A stretch of 64,000 bases of DNA, from positions 32,001 to 96,000 of the forward strand of contig CAVWXH010000003.1 of the NCBI GenBank assembly GCA_963758915.1, given 5' to 3'. Both the position numbers and the translations under genes were made by a program. Positions 61,332-64,000 of this stretch are shown here, in pieces. Position 1 is the stretch's first letter, and each line of letters opens with the position of its first letter. The notes beneath the pieces are model-generated. The model was given only the letters and a program-made list of their open reading frames with translations, was not told the origin of the DNA and made no database searches. This stretch comes from an uncultured Methanomicrobiales archaeon. Lineage in GTDB: Archaea; Halobacteriota; Methanomicrobia; Methanomicrobiales; Methanospirillaceae.

Positions 61332-62627
61332 ATGTGGGATCAGCAGATAGAAACAATGCCAACGGAAGATATCCGGAAACTGCAGTACCGCCTGCTGAAG
61401 ACACTGGTATACAAGTTATACAGCTTTTCACCGTTCTATCACGAGCGGATGAAACAGGTAAAAGTCCATCCTGATGACATTAACTCCCTAGCTGACGTGA
61501 AAAAACTCCCGTTCATGTACAAGGCTGATCTCCGTGATAATTACCCGGACCGGATTTTTACTGCCTCCCGGGAAGATCTTGTAAGGTATCATGTTTCATC
61601 GGGAACAACCGGAAAACCAACCGTGGTCGGGTACACCCGGTATGATCTCGATAACTGGACCAACTCACTTGCGCGGGGCCTTGTCTCGTGCGGGCTCGGA
61701 CGGGGCGATGTGATACAGGTCAGTTACGGGTATGGGTTGTTCACAGGGGGTCTTGGACTCCACTATGGCGCAGAGCGGATCGGTGCAACGGTACTCCCCA
61801 CGAGTGTCGGGAATACCGAACGCCAGATCGAACTTATGCAGGACCTGCACGCGACCGCAATCTGCTGTACGCCTTCGTACCTTCTCCATATGGGTGAAGT
61901 CGCCGAGAAAATGGGCGTAAGCATTAAAAACGATACAGACCTTACAACAGGTATCCTTGGTGCCGAACCATGGACCGACGTGATGCGGTCCCGGATACAG
62001 GAATGGCTCGGGATCAGGGCTTATGATATCTATGGTACCAGCGAGCTTTCCGGCCCCATGTTCGTTGAATGCACGGAGCAGAAAGGATTTCATGTCTGGT
62101 CCGACCTGGCACTCGTAGAGGTTCTTGATACGGATACCGGCGAGACACTGTCCCCGGGAGAGAGGGGTGAACTCGTGATTACGATGCTCCAGAAAGAGGC
62201 ACTCCCGATGATCAGGTTCCGGATAGGTGATGTATCTGTCCTTGAAGAAGATCCCTGCCCTTGCGGACGGACACATCCGCGTATCCGGCGCATACAGGGG
62301 AGGGTTGATGATATGCTGATTATAAGGGGGATTAACGTCTTCCCTTCCCAGGTGGAACATACCCTGATGTCGATCCCGGAAGTAGGGCAGCATTTCCAGA
62401 TCGTCGTCGACCGGCGGGGAGCTCTTGATGACATGCTCGTACGGGTTGAGATCTCGAAAGATGCATTCTCAGACAAAATCAACGACCTGATGCAGATCAG
62501 GTCAAAAGTGGAACATAAGCTCCGTAATGCGCTTAATGTTGGTGTAACGGTGGAGTTGGTCGAACCTGGCTCATTACCAAGGTTCGAAGGTAAGTCAAAA
62601 AAGGTTATTGACAGGAGGAATCTGTAA
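61332..62627 (+). CDS. Phenylacetate--CoA ligase family protein (second paralog)
   Basis: SSGTTGKP, YGTSE, RFRIGD, GRVDDM. Confidence 0.92.
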   Translation: MWDQQIETMPTEDIRKLQYRLLKTLVYKLYSFSPFYHERMKQVKVHPDDINSLADVKKLPFMYKADLRDNYPDRIFTASREDLVRYHVSSGTTGKPTVVGYTRYDLDNWTNSLARGLVSCGLGRGDVIQVSYGYGLFTGGLGLHYGAERIGATVLPTSVGNTERQIELMQDLHATAICCTPSYLLHMGEVAEKMGVSIKNDTDLTTGILGAEPWTDVMRSRIQEWLGIRAYDIYGTSELSGPMFVECTEQKGFHVWSDLALVEVLDTDTGETLSPGERGELVITMLQKEALPMIRFRIGDVSVLEEDPCPCGRTHPRIRRIQGRVDDMLIIRGINVFPSQVEHTLMSIPEVGQHFQIVVDRRGALDDMLVRVEISKDAFSDKINDLMQIRSKVEHKLRNALNVGVTVELVEPGSLPRFEGKSKKVIDRRNL

Positions 62628-62629
62628 CC

Positions 62630-63064
62630 ATGGACGTAAAGAACTATATTATCCGGCAGATCTCGGTCTTTTCCGAGAATAAACCTGGAAGGCTGGCATC
62701 GATTGCAAAGGCATTCCAGGAGGAAAGAATCAACATCCTCGCGTTCTCTATCGCTGAGGCAGACGGGTTCGGGGTCGTGCGGGCACTGGTCAACCAGCCC
62801 GACAAGGCATTCAGAAAGCTCACATCTCTCGGCTATAACGTGGCGTTTACCGATGTGATCGCGGTAAAAATGAAGGACGAACCAGGGGGCCTTTTCGCGA
62901 TTGCAGAACTCCTCGGAGAGGCTGGGATCAACATGGAGTACGCATATGCATACAGCGGAAAAGAAGCAGCAGTACTGATCATCAGGGTTGACCATGTCGA
63001 TGAGGCAGTCAGCCGCATCCTCACCAAGGGTGGAACACTGCTGGAAGCGAAGGTCTTCAGCTGA
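62630..63064 (+). CDS. ACT domain protein
   Basis: QISVFSENKPGRL and D.PGGL tandem ACT; usual partner of PaaK-like ligases. Confidence 0.9.
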   Translation: MDVKNYIIRQISVFSENKPGRLASIAKAFQEERINILAFSIAEADGFGVVRALVNQPDKAFRKLTSLGYNVAFTDVIAVKMKDEPGGLFAIAELLGEAGINMEYAYAYSGKEAAVLIIRVDHVDEAVSRILTKGGTLLEAKVFS

Positions 63065-63089
63065 AATTATTACGGTAACAAGGCCCGGA

Positions 63090-64000
63090 CTATCTCTTTT
63101 TCTCCCACTTTGTAAGGGCTGAAACCTGTGACAAGGTGCTGCCACGGCGGATCTCTTCCCTGATACGCTCTTCTGTCTTTTTCACCTCGAGGGCGCGGCG
63201 TGCAACTTCATAGGCACGTTCTTTCGGCACCACAACGACCCCGCTCTCATCTCCGATAATCCAGTCACCCGGCCTCACGTTCTGCCCACAACACGATATT
63301 TCTGCATTTATTTCCCCCATTCCCTTAGGTTCACCGGCATTCGGGACAATTGCCTTTGCAAAGACCGGGAATTTTAATCGCCTGATATCGTCGATGTCAC
63401 GGACAGCACCATCAATCACCACGCCAGCTACCCCTTTTATCACGCAACTCATCGTGGCAAGTTCTCCCCACGGGGCGACATGAGTACCGGCATCGTTATT
63501 AATCACGATCACATCCCCGGGACCTGCCACATCGATCGCTTCGACGGGTTTTGCCCAGTCCCCCGCAAATGTCTGGACGGTAACTGCCCGCCCGATCATC
63601 TTCACATCCCCGCACAGCGAAATAATGCCGTTCATCGCACCTTTGCGGTGCATTGCGTCGGATATGTTAGGGGACGAGACCTTCTGGAAGATGGCACGGG
63701 TCTCCTCCCCTGCCGGGGGCACCTTTGTAACTACCAGGGCAGGTGAGTCAATTGACGCCCGTATCAGGGCAGTGCTTGAGTTCACATCTGCAGAACGGGT
63801 GATCCATCCGCCTACAATTACGATATCGGCACCTGAACTGACTGCCTCTGATGCAGTGTCACGGTCAAGACCCCCGGCAACAGCGATCGGGATTGTAAGA
63901 TTTCCTGCCAGTAAGGAGAGGAGGTCGATGGAACTTTTTCCGACCATCTGCTGGTCTATCCCCACATGGGCAACGATAATATCGATACCGAGGGCCTCAA
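63090..64000 (-). CDS. Bifunctional 3-hexulose-6-phosphate synthase / RraA-like protein (5' part outside window)
   Basis: H.GIDQQM, IAVAGGL HPS barrel fused to RraA motifs (PNISDA, WGEL, DGAVRD, GD..GVVVVP). Confidence 0.88.
   Translation of the reverse strand, partial: EALGIDIIVAHVGIDQQMVGKSSIDLLSLLAGNLTIPIAVAGGLDRDTASEAVSSGADIVIVGGWITRSADVNSSTALIRASIDSPALVVTKVPPAGEETRAIFQKVSSPNISDAMHRKGAMNGIISLCGDVKMIGRAVTVQTFAGDWAKPVEAIDVAGPGDVIVINNDAGTHVAPWGELATMSCVIKGVAGVVIDGAVRDIDDIRRLKFPVFAKAIVPNAGEPKGMGEINAEISCCGQNVRPGDWIIGDESGVVVVPKERAYEVARRALEVKKTEERIREEIRRGSTLSQVSALTKWEKKR

Overview
Chromosomal window from a hydrogenotrophic methanogenic archaeon. Gene content and order (egsA, elp3-priS-GINS-rpl44e-rps27e-eIF2a-nop10, phosphoribulokinase, solo Cas1) point to Methanomicrobiales, probably Methanoregulaceae-like. 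It is mostly housekeeping genes plus tRNA-Pro(GGG) and tRNA-Gln(UUG). Main points: (1) an unannotated ~185-nt rod-shaped structured RNA candidate directly upstream of a ygfA/5-formyl-THF cyclo-ligase gene, with the size, fold and synteny of bacterial 6S RNA, in an organism that has no sigma factors; (2) about 13 copies or remnants of a MITE family sharing termini and 8-bp target duplications with an IS5/ISH1-type element, whose transposase has been cut and half-inverted, apparently using a MITE end; (3) a dif-like 11-6-11 site in the xerA promoter; (4) a solo Cas1 with the catalytic His replaced by Asn and no array; (5) a PRK/FBPase/aldolase cluster related to the RHP pathway. About eight single-base frameshifts, some in essential genes, are most likely sequencing or assembly errors. 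All family calls come from recognising motifs by eye; no searches or folding programs were run.
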